DNA of 35,953 nucleotides from Patescibacteria group bacterium (GCA_015491135.1 WFWK01000070.1:1-35953); one strand, 5' to 3'. Positions 1 to 9,088 are shown, numbered from the stretch's first letter. Translations and numbers: made by a program. The notes: generated by a model from the letters alone, not told the origin.

Positions 1-1419
1 GATCTGGAGACCATTCTTGAGAAGGAGTATTTGTATAAAAAAATTAACAAAACAAAAGTTTTAATTATTGATGAGATTTCAATGATATCTTCATCTTTAT
101 TAGATAGTGTGGATTTAGTTTTAAAAGCGGTTAAGGGAAACAGCAAACCTTTCGGAGGTGTGCAAATTGTGCTCTCGGGTGATTTTTTTCAGTTACCACC
201 GGTTGTAAAAACCGGGAACTTTTCTTTTGCTTTTGAAGCGTTAAGTTGGCAAAATGCGGACATACGCACTTGTTATCTATCAACTCAACACCGACAAAAA
301 AACGATAAGCTCTATGAAGTTCTCTCTGAAATGCGAAGCGGAAATCTGAACGAGAGCACAAAACTTGCATTAAAATCAAGAGTAGGGGTCAAACCCGAAG
401 CGGGAAATACAACTTTTCTTTTCACTCACAACAGTGATGTTGACAGATACAACAGAGATAAATTGATGAACCTTAAAGGCAGGGTGGTCAAACTGAAAGC
501 AAAAACCGAAGGATCCAAAAAACATGCTCAATTTTTGTTAAAAAACATTTTGGCCCCGGAGGAGTTGACACTAAAGGTTGGCGCTTTGGTGATGTTTGTA
601 AAAAATGACCCGGAAGGCAGATATGTAAACGGGTCTTTGGGAGAAGTAGTGGGTTTTTCCGGCAATTTGCCAAGAGTAAAACTGCAAAATGGCAGGGAGC
701 TGCTTGCCGAGACTGTCTCGTGGAGTTATGAGGAAGACGGTAAGATAAAAGCGCAAGTGCACCAAGTACCACTGAGGCTTGCATGGGCAATTACCATCCA
801 TAAAAGCCAAGGGATGACCCTTGATTCGGTTTATGCCGATTTGTCAAAAGTTTTTGTGGAAGGGCAGGGGTATGTGGCGCTCTCAAGAGCAAAAAGCTTG
901 AACAGATTGTATCTTGCGGGACTAAGTGAGAAAGCGTTTGCAATGCACAATAAAGTTTTGGATTTTGATATCCAAGCAAAAAAAGAATCCGAAAAATGGA
1001 ATAAAATAATAAACAATTTTTCAAAAGAGAAATTACAAACTTTACATGAAGAGTTTGCAGGCAAAACGACAGACGGCGGAAAGCTTGCAACAGACGTGAA
1101 AACATTAAGACTGCTGGAAAAAGGTCTAACTGTTGAAGAGATTGCAGAGAAGCGAGGTATAACTCTTTCTACCGTACTGTCTCATCTTGAGAAAAATACA
1201 GACAAACTGACTCTTGAAAATCTTTTGTCTTTGCAATCTCTTTTGACTGACGATGATTACGACAAAATAAAAAAAGTTGCAGAATCTCTTTCATGGGAGA
1301 GGCTATCTCCTCTTAAAGCAAAACTTCCCAGCTACAGTTATGATCAGATTAAATTTGCAAGAATTCTGTATTTTATTAGACTACGTTCCCAAATAAGTAC
1401 TGCGTTCACCGAGCCCTAA
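1..1419 (+). CDS. PIF1/RecD-like superfamily-1 DNA helicase, C-terminal part (5' end outside the window), with a C-terminal HTH-like tail
   Basis: The frame is open from nt 1, in frame with the listed ORF at 31. Motifs: VLIIDEISM (motif II), FGGVQIVLSGDFFQLPPV (PIF1-type motif III), TIHKSQGMTLD (motif V), GQGYVALSRAKS (motif VI). The tail LLEKGLTVEEIAEKRGITLSTVLSHLEK resembles a helix-turn-helix. The last ~13 codons and the TAA stop lie inside a repeat element. Confidence 0.85.
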   Translation, partial: DLETILEKEYLYKKINKTKVLIIDEISMISSSLLDSVDLVLKAVKGNSKPFGGVQIVLSGDFFQLPPVVKTGNFSFAFEALSWQNADIRTCYLSTQHRQKNDKLYEVLSEMRSGNLNESTKLALKSRVGVKPEAGNTTFLFTHNSDVDRYNRDKLMNLKGRVVKLKAKTEGSKKHAQFLLKNILAPEELTLKVGALVMFVKNDPEGRYVNGSLGEVVGFSGNLPRVKLQNGRELLAETVSWSYEEDGKIKAQVHQVPLRLAWAITIHKSQGMTLDSVYADLSKVFVEGQGYVALSRAKSLNRLYLAGLSEKAFAMHNKVLDFDIQAKKESEKWNKIINNFSKEKLQTLHEEFAGKTTDGGKLATDVKTLRLLEKGLTVEEIAEKRGITLSTVLSHLEKNTDKLTLENLLSLQSLLTDDDYDKIKKVAESLSWERLSPLKAKLPSYSYDQIKFARILYFIRLRSQISTAFTEP

Positions 1420-1450
1420 GTTTTACTTAGGGCTCGGTTGAGAATGTGTA
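1379..1450 (+). repeat. partial copy of the CCCAAA palindrome family carrying the nested ACCGAGCCCTAA hairpin
   Basis: Left arm GACTACGTTCCCAAATAAGTAC (1379-1400), then hairpin ACCGAGCCCTAAG/CTTAGGGCTCGGT (1408-1438), homologous to 17041-17068. The right arm is missing. The helicase stop codon (1417-1419) lies inside the hairpin. Confidence 0.7.
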
Positions 1451-1473
1451 AAAAATATATAAAGTAATAAGTT

Positions 1474-3504
1474 ATGATGTGGAAACTTCATCAGCCTTAT
1501 AAACCTTCGGGCGATCAACCCAAAGCGATAAAAGAAATCCTTAAGTCTCTTGAAAAGGATAGATTTACCACATTGCTTGGCGCAACCGGAACAGGGAAAA
1601 CCTACACTGTAGCGCATGTGATAGAGAAAATAAACAAACCAACTCTTGTTATAGCGCATAATAAAACCTTGGCCGCGCAACTTGCATCCGAGTTTCAAAC
1701 TTTCTTTCCGGAAAACGCAGTGCATTATTTTGTCTCTTATTATGATTATTATCAGCCGGAGGCGTACAAGCCGATAACGGACACTTACATAGAAAAGGAG
1801 GCGATGATAAATAAAGAAATAGATAGACTCAGACACAAGGCCACCCAGTCGCTTTTAACCAGAGATGATGTTTTGATAGTGGCTTCTGTCTCGGCAATCT
1901 ATGGTGTGGGAAGTCCGCTGAATTATTTACAGGGCGCACGAAAATTCAAGAAAGGAGAGAGACTTTTAAGACAGGAACTTTTGCGTATTTTGGTTCATAT
2001 GCACTACGGCAGAGTGGCAGCTGACCTGGAGCCGGCATCTTTTAGAGCAACCGGCTCTTTTGTGGAAGTGTATCCGCCACATGAGGAGATACTCTATAGG
2101 TTTAAAATATCAGCCGGCAGGTTAGCTGAGATACTTTTGCTTGACCCCATAACCCGAGAGATAAAACAGAGTGTGGATGAAATTTTACTGTTTCCTGCTA
2201 AGCATTTTGTAACCCCCGATGAAGTTGTAAAAGTGGCGCTGGAGGAGATAAGGGCGGACTTAAAAAAGAGAGTAAAAGAGCTTAAAGAGGAGGGAAAGAT
2301 TGCCGAGGCCTCAAGATTGCAAAGAAGAGTGTTGGCAGATGTGGCGCGAATTGAAGAGTTTGGCTATTGCAATGGAATAGAGAACTACAGCAGATACTTT
2401 GACAGACGCTCTCCGGGCGAGGCTCCGGATACTTTGCTTTCATTTTTTCGTTTTAATCCCAAAACCAAAAAGTTTGACAGAGATTTTCTGACGGTGATAG
2501 ATGAGTCTCACGTAACTCTGCCTCAGCTCTCCGGCATGTATGCTGGAGATGCGTCGCGTAAAAAAACTTTGATTGATTATGGTTTCAGACTTCCGGCGGC
2601 CGCTGACAACCGCCCGCTTACTTTTGACGAGTTTATAGAAAGAATAGACAAGGCAATTTTTGTATCCGCTACCCCGGGTGAGTTTGAAAAGAAAAACTCA
2701 ACGATCGTTGAGCAAATAATCCGTCCGACAGGATTGCTTGATCCGGAAATTATTATATCTCCGGTGGTTGAGAGAGGAAATTATCCGGGGCAAGTAAAAG
2801 ATGTTATAGAAAGATCTAAAAAGGTTATAGAAGGTGGAGGCAGGATTCTGATAACAACTCTTACAAAGAAAATGGCCGAGGATTTAAGCGAGTTTTTGAA
2901 AGACAGAAACCTTAAGGCCGAATACATTCACAGTGACATAAAGACAAAAGAAAGAATAGAGATTTTAAGCGATTTCAGAAGAGGAGTGTTTGATATTTTA
3001 GTTGGTGTTAACCTTTTGCGCGAAGGACTTGATTTGCCCGAGGTTGAAATGGTTGCTATTTTGGATGCCGATAAAGAAGGGTTTTTAAGAAGTGAAACAT
3101 CTTTGATCCAAACCATTGGAAGGGCCGCGCGCAATATTAAGGGACATGTTGTTTTGTATGCCGATGAAATAACCACTTCGCTGAAACGCGCAGTTGATGA
3201 GACAAACAGAAGGCGCAAGCTACAGAAGGAGTATAATGAAAAACATGGCATTACTCCACAGACAGTTAAAAAAGAGATTCACGATATTACAGAGCAGTTT
3301 GTGTCCGCCCACAAAAAAGCCGTTTTAACTCTGGCCGAGCTTGATATTGCCGGTCTTGAGAACAAAAAAGATATCAAAAAACTTATAGCCGATAAGAAAC
3401 TTGCAATGAAAGAAGCTGCGAAGGAGTTGGATTTTGAGACCGCGGCGACCTTAAGAGACGAGATTGCTTTGCTTGAGAAGATACAAAAAGATAAGCAATT
3501 GTAA
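1474..3504 (+). CDS. uvrB: excinuclease ABC subunit B
   Basis: N-terminus YKPSGDQPKAI, Walker A GATGTGKT, YYDYYQPEAY beta-hairpin region, helicase motifs (VIDESHVT, GINLLREGLDLPEV, QTIGRAARN) and a C-terminal UVR domain (AAKELDFETAATLRDEI). The start may be 1474 or 1477 (tandem ATG). Confidence 0.95.
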   Translation: MMWKLHQPYKPSGDQPKAIKEILKSLEKDRFTTLLGATGTGKTYTVAHVIEKINKPTLVIAHNKTLAAQLASEFQTFFPENAVHYFVSYYDYYQPEAYKPITDTYIEKEAMINKEIDRLRHKATQSLLTRDDVLIVASVSAIYGVGSPLNYLQGARKFKKGERLLRQELLRILVHMHYGRVAADLEPASFRATGSFVEVYPPHEEILYRFKISAGRLAEILLLDPITREIKQSVDEILLFPAKHFVTPDEVVKVALEEIRADLKKRVKELKEEGKIAEASRLQRRVLADVARIEEFGYCNGIENYSRYFDRRSPGEAPDTLLSFFRFNPKTKKFDRDFLTVIDESHVTLPQLSGMYAGDASRKKTLIDYGFRLPAAADNRPLTFDEFIERIDKAIFVSATPGEFEKKNSTIVEQIIRPTGLLDPEIIISPVVERGNYPGQVKDVIERSKKVIEGGGRILITTLTKKMAEDLSEFLKDRNLKAEYIHSDIKTKERIEILSDFRRGVFDILVGVNLLREGLDLPEVEMVAILDADKEGFLRSETSLIQTIGRAARNIKGHVVLYADEITTSLKRAVDETNRRRKLQKEYNEKHGITPQTVKKEIHDITEQFVSAHKKAVLTLAELDIAGLENKKDIKKLIADKKLAMKEAAKELDFETAATLRDEIALLEKIQKDKQL

Positions 3505-3505
3505 G

Positions 3506-4021
3506 TTAGTGTCGGTTTGTTTTATCTCGCTTTTTTTCTCTTGGCCCGTAAATTTTAAGTTGTGGTTTTAAACGGTTGAGAGTTTCGGGGAGATTTAGCT
3601 TGTCCAAATTTTCAATCTGGAAACTTCTATCAACGTAAGCAAGAGTTATATGAGGGATAAATTTTTTGTTTTGCGTAAAGTGCGGAAGGGTTGAAAGTCG
3701 CTCTCTGAGTTGACTCATCTTCTGTGTGTGTTTTAAAATCAAAACCAAAGCCTGACATTTTGCTTTTCCCAATTTAAACAATGCTATTCTCTCGGGAGTT
3801 AACTCCAAAGGTGGCAAGCTCTCAACTACGTTTTGTGCTTCTTTAAAAACTTGTTTGTTTTTAAGATTAATTCCGAAAAATAAAGTTAAGTGAGCTTTTT
3901 GTACCACATCACCTCCTTTTCTTTTTAAAAAGCAAAAATCTTTCAAGTTTATTTTTGCAACAATTTTGCGTAATTTATTTTTTGATTCCTCAGTTAATGG
4001 AAACTCAATGTATCCTATCAT
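3506..4021 (-). CDS. 2H phosphoesterase superfamily protein (LigT / 2'-5' RNA ligase-like)
   Basis: Two H-x-T-x motifs (HLTLFF and HITLAY) with typical spacing in a ~170 aa protein. Its start overlaps the miaA stop by 17 nt, so the two are probably co-transcribed. Confidence 0.6.
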   Translation of the reverse strand: MIGYIEFPLTEESKNKLRKIVAKINLKDFCFLKRKGGDVVQKAHLTLFFGINLKNKQVFKEAQNVVESLPPLELTPERIALFKLGKAKCQALVLILKHTQKMSQLRERLSTLPHFTQNKKFIPHITLAYVDRSFQIENLDKLNLPETLNRLKPQLKIYGPREKKRDKTNRH

Positions 4022-4907
4022 AGAATTTTTTAACCTCTTTTATAAAACGCTCTTTTTTATTGAAAGGAATCCAAATTATATCTTTGTCTTTTTTCCACCA
4101 AGTTAATTGGCGTTTTGCATACTTCCACGCATCTCTTTTTATGCGTCTTTTTAGCTCTTCTTTGTCAATTTTCTTTTGCAGATAGTCTGCCAAGTGTCTC
4201 ATTTCAAGTCCCAATTCTCGCATTTTTTTATAACTTAGCCCCCAAGCGTGCAGTTTTTCAGCCTCAGAGACCATGCCGGCTCTCACTCTTTTGTCAACGC
4301 GTTTTTCTATTCTTTCTTTAAGAGTTGCTCTATCCATTTCAATTCCCAATTTTAAGGGAGTGTAGGGAGAATTTCCGGGTTTATTGGGGAATTCCGCTCC
4401 CGAGAGGCTAACCTCAAGAGAACGGATAATTCTTGGTCGGTTATGTTTATCAACTTGTTTTGCGCGCTTCGAATTTATCTGAAGAAGTTTTTTATACAAC
4501 TCTTCAGTGGAGAGTTTTTCAAGTTTGCCTCGCAGGTCAAAGTTAGGTTCAACTTGAGGAAGCGGAACTTCACGTAAAAGGGCTGATATGTAAAACATTG
4601 TTCCTCCCGCAAGTATGGGGAGTTTTCCTTTTTGCCAAATATCAACTATCGCACTGTCGGCATCTGCTACAAATTCACCTGCTGAGTAAATCTTTTTTCT
4701 TGGGTCCACTATATCAATTAAATGATGTTTTATCCCCTTGGCTTCCGTTTTGGTGACTTTACCGGAGGCTATGTTTATTTTTTTGTAGACTTGTCTTGAG
4801 TCTGATGAGACAACTTCTCCGTTGAAGCGTTTTGCCAGCAAAACCGCCAAATCGGTTTTACCCGATGAAGTTGCTCCATAGATTAAAACAAGCGGAATTT
4901 TGCCCAT
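4005..4907 (-). CDS. miaA: tRNA dimethylallyltransferase
   Basis: P-loop IYGATSSGKTDLAVLLA, a SSDSRQVYKKINIASGK-type motif, and a size of 300 aa. Confidence 0.9.
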   Translation of the reverse strand: MGKIPLVLIYGATSSGKTDLAVLLAKRFNGEVVSSDSRQVYKKINIASGKVTKTEAKGIKHHLIDIVDPRKKIYSAGEFVADADSAIVDIWQKGKLPILAGGTMFYISALLREVPLPQVEPNFDLRGKLEKLSTEELYKKLLQINSKRAKQVDKHNRPRIIRSLEVSLSGAEFPNKPGNSPYTPLKLGIEMDRATLKERIEKRVDKRVRAGMVSEAEKLHAWGLSYKKMRELGLEMRHLADYLQKKIDKEELKRRIKRDAWKYAKRQLTWWKKDKDIIWIPFNKKERFIKEVKKFYDRIH

Positions 4908-4913
4908 AACAAA

Positions 4914-4977
4914 AAGATAGCCAATTTACTGTTACGGGTCAATGTTTATTGACAAAAGAGTTTGGTTTTTATAGGTT
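4914..4977. promoter_or_regulatory. divergent promoter pair (miaA on the minus strand, orphan gene on the plus strand)
   Basis: Minus strand: TTGACC (4937-4942), 17 nt, TATCTT (4914-4919), then 6 nt to the miaA ATG. Plus strand: TTGACA (4949-4954), 17 nt, TAGGTT (4972-4977), then a ~35-nt leader with AAGGAGGA. Confidence 0.5.
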
Positions 4978-5012
4978 GTAGGAAGTGCGAACCTTATAAG
5001 GAGGAATATCCA

Positions 5013-5762
5013 ATGTCTAAGTTCACCGATGAAGAAATCCGTATCGCCGAAGAAAAACTGCAAGCTTTGGCGGGCAAGCACGGCATTATTTGTTGCTCAA
5101 ATGAGAGGGAAAGGCTCGCTTCATCTTTTCAACAAGCTCAGCGTGAAGTTGAGTTTTTCAATAAAGTTTCTCGCGCTGCAAATTTGCTCATGGCTGAGAT
5201 AGATGAGTTGCAAAAAGAAGTTGGAATATTTGGTTTTGTTGAGAAGGTTATTATTGAGCCAAGGTTTTCATTTTCAAAGATTTGCGTTGTTGATATTTTA
5301 AGCTTATCCGCTTTTCTTGACAGCTTCCCGAACGAAAGGCAGGTTGCAGACGCTTGGAGAGAAAAATTTATGGCAGGCAGAGACCCGGATGACATCTCGC
5401 CAAACGAGATGAGAGAAATTGAAAGAAAAACTGACGAGCACACAAAAAAGGCACTACAAGAGTTCAACGAAATGGAAAAGCTTAGGGGCAAGAGAAATAT
5501 TTTTGTACTGCTTGCGCCTGCGGAACGCCCTTTCACCTTTGCGGAAACAAGTCGCACTCTTGAGAAGCTTGGAGCGAAAAGCTTTCCTCTGGCTTTCTCC
5601 TCAGCTCTTCTTTGCAATTCTTTTCCTTTTGAGCGAAGGGGAGCCTTCCTTTCCTGGGAAGGAGATGAGGCGTGGCTTTGCTTTAAAGAAGATGGCGAGG
5701 TTAGAATTTATAAAACAGAAATGGGTTTTATGGGGAGATATAATTTTCTCGCTCTTCTTTGA
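5013..5762 (+). CDS. hypothetical protein (orphan, coiled-coil-rich N-terminal half)
   Basis: ATG at 5013 is preceded by AAGGAGGA (4999-5006). The listed ORF start at 4962 has no RBS. I recognise no family motif. Confidence 0.6.
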   Translation: MSKFTDEEIRIAEEKLQALAGKHGIICCSNERERLASSFQQAQREVEFFNKVSRAANLLMAEIDELQKEVGIFGFVEKVIIEPRFSFSKICVVDILSLSAFLDSFPNERQVADAWREKFMAGRDPDDISPNEMREIERKTDEHTKKALQEFNEMEKLRGKRNIFVLLAPAERPFTFAETSRTLEKLGAKSFPLAFSSALLCNSFPFERRGAFLSWEGDEAWLCFKEDGEVRIYKTEMGFMGRYNFLALL

Positions 5763-5784
5763 TTTTGGTAGCTGTTTTAAAAAC

Positions 5785-5813
5785 AACCCTCGGCTTTTTG
5801 CCGAGGGTTTTAA
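5785..5813. terminator. hairpin terminator after the orphan gene
   Basis: AACCCTCGG-CTTTTTG-CCGAGGGTT flanked by A- and T-runs. Confidence 0.6.
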
Positions 5814-5961
5814 AATTACAAGATCCGATCTTGTAAGGTTGCACACGATTTTTTTCATGTTATCATTCAATTGTTAAAACACTCCTCCTTTTCTTTAGCG
5901 TTTTGCTCTTCAAAAAACGCACGAGAAAAGGAGCGTGAAAATTAGCAGTTAAAAAAACATT

Positions 5962-6558
5962 ATGGAAGATTTTGAATTTGTAGATTTCGGACCTCTCTCT
6001 GTGGGTGATACCGTTCCCGAGGAAGTGGAGTTTGAGGTTTATCAAAACGATGAAATCAAAAAAGTTTCTTTTAAGGATTTTAGAGGAAAATGGCTTGTGC
6101 TGTTTTTCTATCCGGCAGACTTTACCTTTGTTTGCCCGACCGAGTTGGAGGATTTTGCAAAGCTCTATGACAAATTTAAAGAGGAAGGGGCCGAGGTTGT
6201 CTCTGTTTCAACTGACACGGTTTTTGTTCACAAAGCTTGGCATGATGAGTCTGAAGCTATAGGTAAAGTTACATATCCGATGGCGGCCGATCCGGCACAC
6301 ACCATCTCAGAGCTTTTCGGAGTACTTATAGAAGATGAAGGAGTAGCTTTGCGCGGTACTTTTGTAATAGACCCGGACGGAGTTGTAAAAACTGTAGAGA
6401 TTCACGACAACAGTATAGGAAGGAGTGCGCAAGAGACTTTGCGCAAACTGCAAGCTGCGAAATTTGTTCGTGAGCACGGAGACAAGGTTTGCCCTGCAGA
6501 GTGGAAACCGGGAGATGATACTTTGGAGCCCGGACTTGACTTGGTCGGAAAAATCTAA
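5962..6558 (+). CDS. typical 2-Cys peroxiredoxin (AhpC/TSA family)
   Basis: Peroxidatic-Cys motif FYPADFTFVCPTE and resolving Cys in GDKVCPAEWKPG. Confidence 0.9.
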   Translation: MEDFEFVDFGPLSVGDTVPEEVEFEVYQNDEIKKVSFKDFRGKWLVLFFYPADFTFVCPTELEDFAKLYDKFKEEGAEVVSVSTDTVFVHKAWHDESEAIGKVTYPMAADPAHTISELFGVLIEDEGVALRGTFVIDPDGVVKTVEIHDNSIGRSAQETLRKLQAAKFVREHGDKVCPAEWKPGDDTLEPGLDLVGKI

Positions 6559-6581
6559 AACTTGTTAACAAAAACATAAAA

Positions 6582-6608
6582 ACGGCCACCTTAAGGTGGT
6601 CGTTTTTA
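6582..6608 (+). terminator. rho-independent terminator of the peroxiredoxin gene
   Basis: ACGGCCACC-TTAA-GGTGGTCGT followed by TTTTT. Confidence 0.75.
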
Positions 6609-6611
6609 TAT

Positions 6612-6656
6612 GGACCTACTCCCAAATAAGCACTTTGTATTATTTGGGAACGGGTC
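6612..6656 (+). repeat. minimal 45-bp copy of the CCCAAA palindrome family
   Basis: GGACCTACTCCCAAATAA-GCACTTTGTA-TTATTTGGGAACGGGTC. The loop GCACTTTG is uninterrupted. It lies just after the peroxiredoxin terminator. Confidence 0.8.
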
Positions 6657-6690
6657 TAATCCACAAGCCACAAAAACAAAGCTTTTCAGC

Positions 6691-7878
6691 ATGTTAAAAT
6701 ACAGACAAATGCTTGAAAAAATCAAAAGACATTTTATATTGCCCAAAGACTTGCTTGTGCTTGTCCTAAGTCGTTCACTGATGAGGATATCTTTTTCGTC
6801 GTTGTCTCTTTTTGTTCCGATTTATTTTTATAAACTTTACTCTAGTGTAGAGATTGCCGTTTTTGTATTTGCGACAGTTTATTTGTTGCAAGTTTTACTT
6901 TTACCTCTGGTTTCAAAGATGTTGTCGGTTTGGGGCATGAAGCCCATGATGATAGCGGGATTGTTCTTTGCTTCATTGGTGCCGATTTCTTTACTCGCCA
7001 CTGAAAACGCTGAACTGGCCGGTTTTCTCTTTGTAATTTTTAGCGCATTTTATAGAGCTCTTTTTTGGACCCCGTATCATATAGATTTTGCTGAGCTTCT
7101 CTCACCAACTTCGCGCGGAAAAGAGTTGGCTTTGGTTAGAAATTTATCCAATGTACTTTTTATAGCATCTCCTATTGTTGGAGGAGTCTTAATTTCCACC
7201 GCAGGTTTTTCGGCAACTTTTATGTATACCGCTTTGGTTATGGTTTTTGCGATAGTACCTCTTTTCTTTTTGGATAATCATTTTGAGCATTACAGCTGGG
7301 GATATCTTGAAACTTTTACACACCTTTTTAAACCGGAAAACAGAAATCTGCTTATAGCACATGCGGCAAACGGCGCGCAATCTGCTGCAACTCTGGTTTT
7401 CTGGCCTCTGTTTTTGGGAATTTTACTTGAAGAGAGGTATACCGCAGTCGGTTTGATTACCGCTCTTACTTTGCTTTTGGTTATGTTTTTAAGATATATA
7501 ACAGGAGTTTTCTTTGATAAGTTTAACAAAGAGAAAGTCGTTTTTGTCGGAGTTATACTTACGGCAACCGGTTGGGTTTTTAAAACCTTTATTCAAACCC
7601 CATTTGAGGTATTTGTAGTTGATACGTATCATCGATTTGGGCGCGCGGTAAATGCGGTTGCTTTTGATGCTGAGACATATGAGCAGGCAGCGGATTCCGG
7701 AAAGTACATAGATGAGTACACTGTTTTAAAAGAGACAGCCCTTAATTTAGGTAGGGTGGCCATGCTTATTGTTACTTTGTTTTTTGTCTCAATTTGGGGA
7801 ATTAAGGCTTCGTTTGCCATAGCGGCAGTTCTGACAATTTTGATGATTTTTTTAAACAGGTTCTCAAGAGTCTTTTAA
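6691..7878 (+). CDS. multi-pass membrane transporter, MFS-like
   Basis: About 12 hydrophobic segments. I prefer the ATG at 6691 because the listed start at 6610 lies inside the 45-bp palindromic repeat at 6612-6656. The family call rests on topology only. Confidence 0.55.
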   Translation: MLKYRQMLEKIKRHFILPKDLLVLVLSRSLMRISFSSLSLFVPIYFYKLYSSVEIAVFVFATVYLLQVLLLPLVSKMLSVWGMKPMMIAGLFFASLVPISLLATENAELAGFLFVIFSAFYRALFWTPYHIDFAELLSPTSRGKELALVRNLSNVLFIASPIVGGVLISTAGFSATFMYTALVMVFAIVPLFFLDNHFEHYSWGYLETFTHLFKPENRNLLIAHAANGAQSAATLVFWPLFLGILLEERYTAVGLITALTLLLVMFLRYITGVFFDKFNKEKVVFVGVILTATGWVFKTFIQTPFEVFVVDTYHRFGRAVNAVAFDAETYEQAADSGKYIDEYTVLKETALNLGRVAMLIVTLFFVSIWGIKASFAIAAVLTILMIFLNRFSRVF

Positions 7879-8601
7879 ATTTATCAAATTAAATAGGTCT
7901 TGTTTTTCTTGTTTTGTCAACTCTCTTTTGTTGCCTTCTTTTACATCAAGTTTTAAGTTAAGCATTTGAATTCTTTTGAGATTTTCAACGGTGTAGCCGA
8001 GTGCTGCGCACATTCTGCGAATTTGATGTTTTTTGCCTTCAGTTAGTGAAATCATCAATTCACGTTCGGAGAGTTTTTTTGTCTTGGCCGGCTTTGTAAT
8101 GTAGCCCTCTATGTTTACACCTGATTGCATCATTTTAAGGTGCTTGTCTTTTAGGGGTTTGTTTACCACTACAGTATACACTCTCTCATGAGCAAATTCG
8201 GGATTTAAAATTTTGTTTACAATACGTCCGTCGTTTGTAAGAAGCATTAGCCCACTTGATGCTTTGTCCAACCTTCCTACCGGGAAAAAGTTTTTTGGTA
8301 ATTTGGCATACTCTATCGCAGAGACTTCGTTTCTTTGTGGATTGTGACTTACCACACCGCGAGGTTTGTTAAATATAAAATATTTATACTCTCCAAGTAG
8401 GTCCTTTGCTTTTGGTAAGAGCTCAACCTTGTCCGCCGATGTTATTTTTTGCCCGATTTGCGCCTTTTTACCGTTTACAAGTACCGCGCCGGCCTCTATA
8501 AGCCTGTCGGCCGCTCTGCGCGAGCATACATTGTTTAGATAAAGGTATCTGTTGATACGAATCGGTTTTTCTTCAGATTGTTTGTTCATATGAGTTTTCA
8601 T
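7864..8601 (-). CDS. RsuA/RluB-family pseudouridine synthase with N-terminal S4 domain
   Basis: S4-like RINRYLYLNNVCSRRAADRLIEAGAVLVNGK and the catalytic motif GRLDKASSGLMLLTNDG. Its 3' end overlaps the convergent transporter gene by 15 nt. Confidence 0.85.
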   Translation of the reverse strand: MKTHMNKQSEEKPIRINRYLYLNNVCSRRAADRLIEAGAVLVNGKKAQIGQKITSADKVELLPKAKDLLGEYKYFIFNKPRGVVSHNPQRNEVSAIEYAKLPKNFFPVGRLDKASSGLMLLTNDGRIVNKILNPEFAHERVYTVVVNKPLKDKHLKMMQSGVNIEGYITKPAKTKKLSERELMISLTEGKKHQIRRMCAALGYTVENLKRIQMLNLKLDVKEGNKRELTKQEKQDLFNLINLKDS

Positions 8602-8620
8602 TACATGCTATAATATAAAA
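8602..8620. promoter_or_regulatory. 19-bp divergent intergenic region with overlapping opposite-strand -10 hexamers
   Basis: Plus-strand TGCTATAAT has its hexamer at 8609-8614, 6 nt before the ATG at 8621. Minus-strand TATTAT (8610-8615) is 8 nt before the ATG at 8601. Confidence 0.5.
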
Positions 8621-9088
8621 ATGAAACTTCAAACCGCAGAAACTACAATCTTAGCGATAACTATATTTTTTGTGGCCTTTTTGGGTTATGGAATACTTAA
8701 AGCTTCTCCAAAGGTTATACAAGGAATGCACACATTTAATGCAGTTTTCGCAGGAGTTCCCATGACTTTGATTATTGCAGATGAGCCAGCTGAGTACAAG
8801 GTCGGACTCTCCGAGCTTTCGCATCTTCCGCGCAACCAAGGCATGCTTTTTGTTTTTGACAAGCCTGATAAATGGAGGGTATCAACCAAGGGTTTGAATT
8901 TCCCAATTGATATTTTTTGGTTGGATGAAAACTTTGTAGTGATAGATATGTACAGATACGCTCCACCGAGTGACTATTATTTTATTTTCACACCCAAACA
9001 CAAGGCCAAATACATATTGGAGACAAACGCTGATTTTGCCGATATTCATAACATAGAAATAGGGGATAAACTTTATCTTCAAGAATAA
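8621..9088 (+). CDS. DUF192 domain protein with N-terminal membrane anchor
   Basis: GLSELSHLPRNQGMLFVF and FPIDIFWLDENFVVID match the DUF192 pattern. Confidence 0.7.
   Translation: MKLQTAETTILAITIFFVAFLGYGILKASPKVIQGMHTFNAVFAGVPMTLIIADEPAEYKVGLSELSHLPRNQGMLFVFDKPDKWRVSTKGLNFPIDIFWLDENFVVIDMYRYAPPSDYYFIFTPKHKAKYILETNADFADIHNIEIGDKLYLQE

Noticed and set aside
5138-5617. Long antisense ORFs inside well-supported genes (for example 5138-5617, 11579-12013, 23321-23743, 27077-27475, 32689-33075)
   Set aside because: Each is fully embedded opposite a gene that has clear family motifs or better start signals. None has a recognisable motif or expression signals, so they are typical shadow ORFs.
6610-6690. 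Upstream start codon for the MFS-like transporter as given in the ORF track
   Set aside because: The first 27 codons would be translated from the 45-bp palindromic repeat and its flank. The ATG at 6691 gives a normal N-terminus, although this start is itself not certain.
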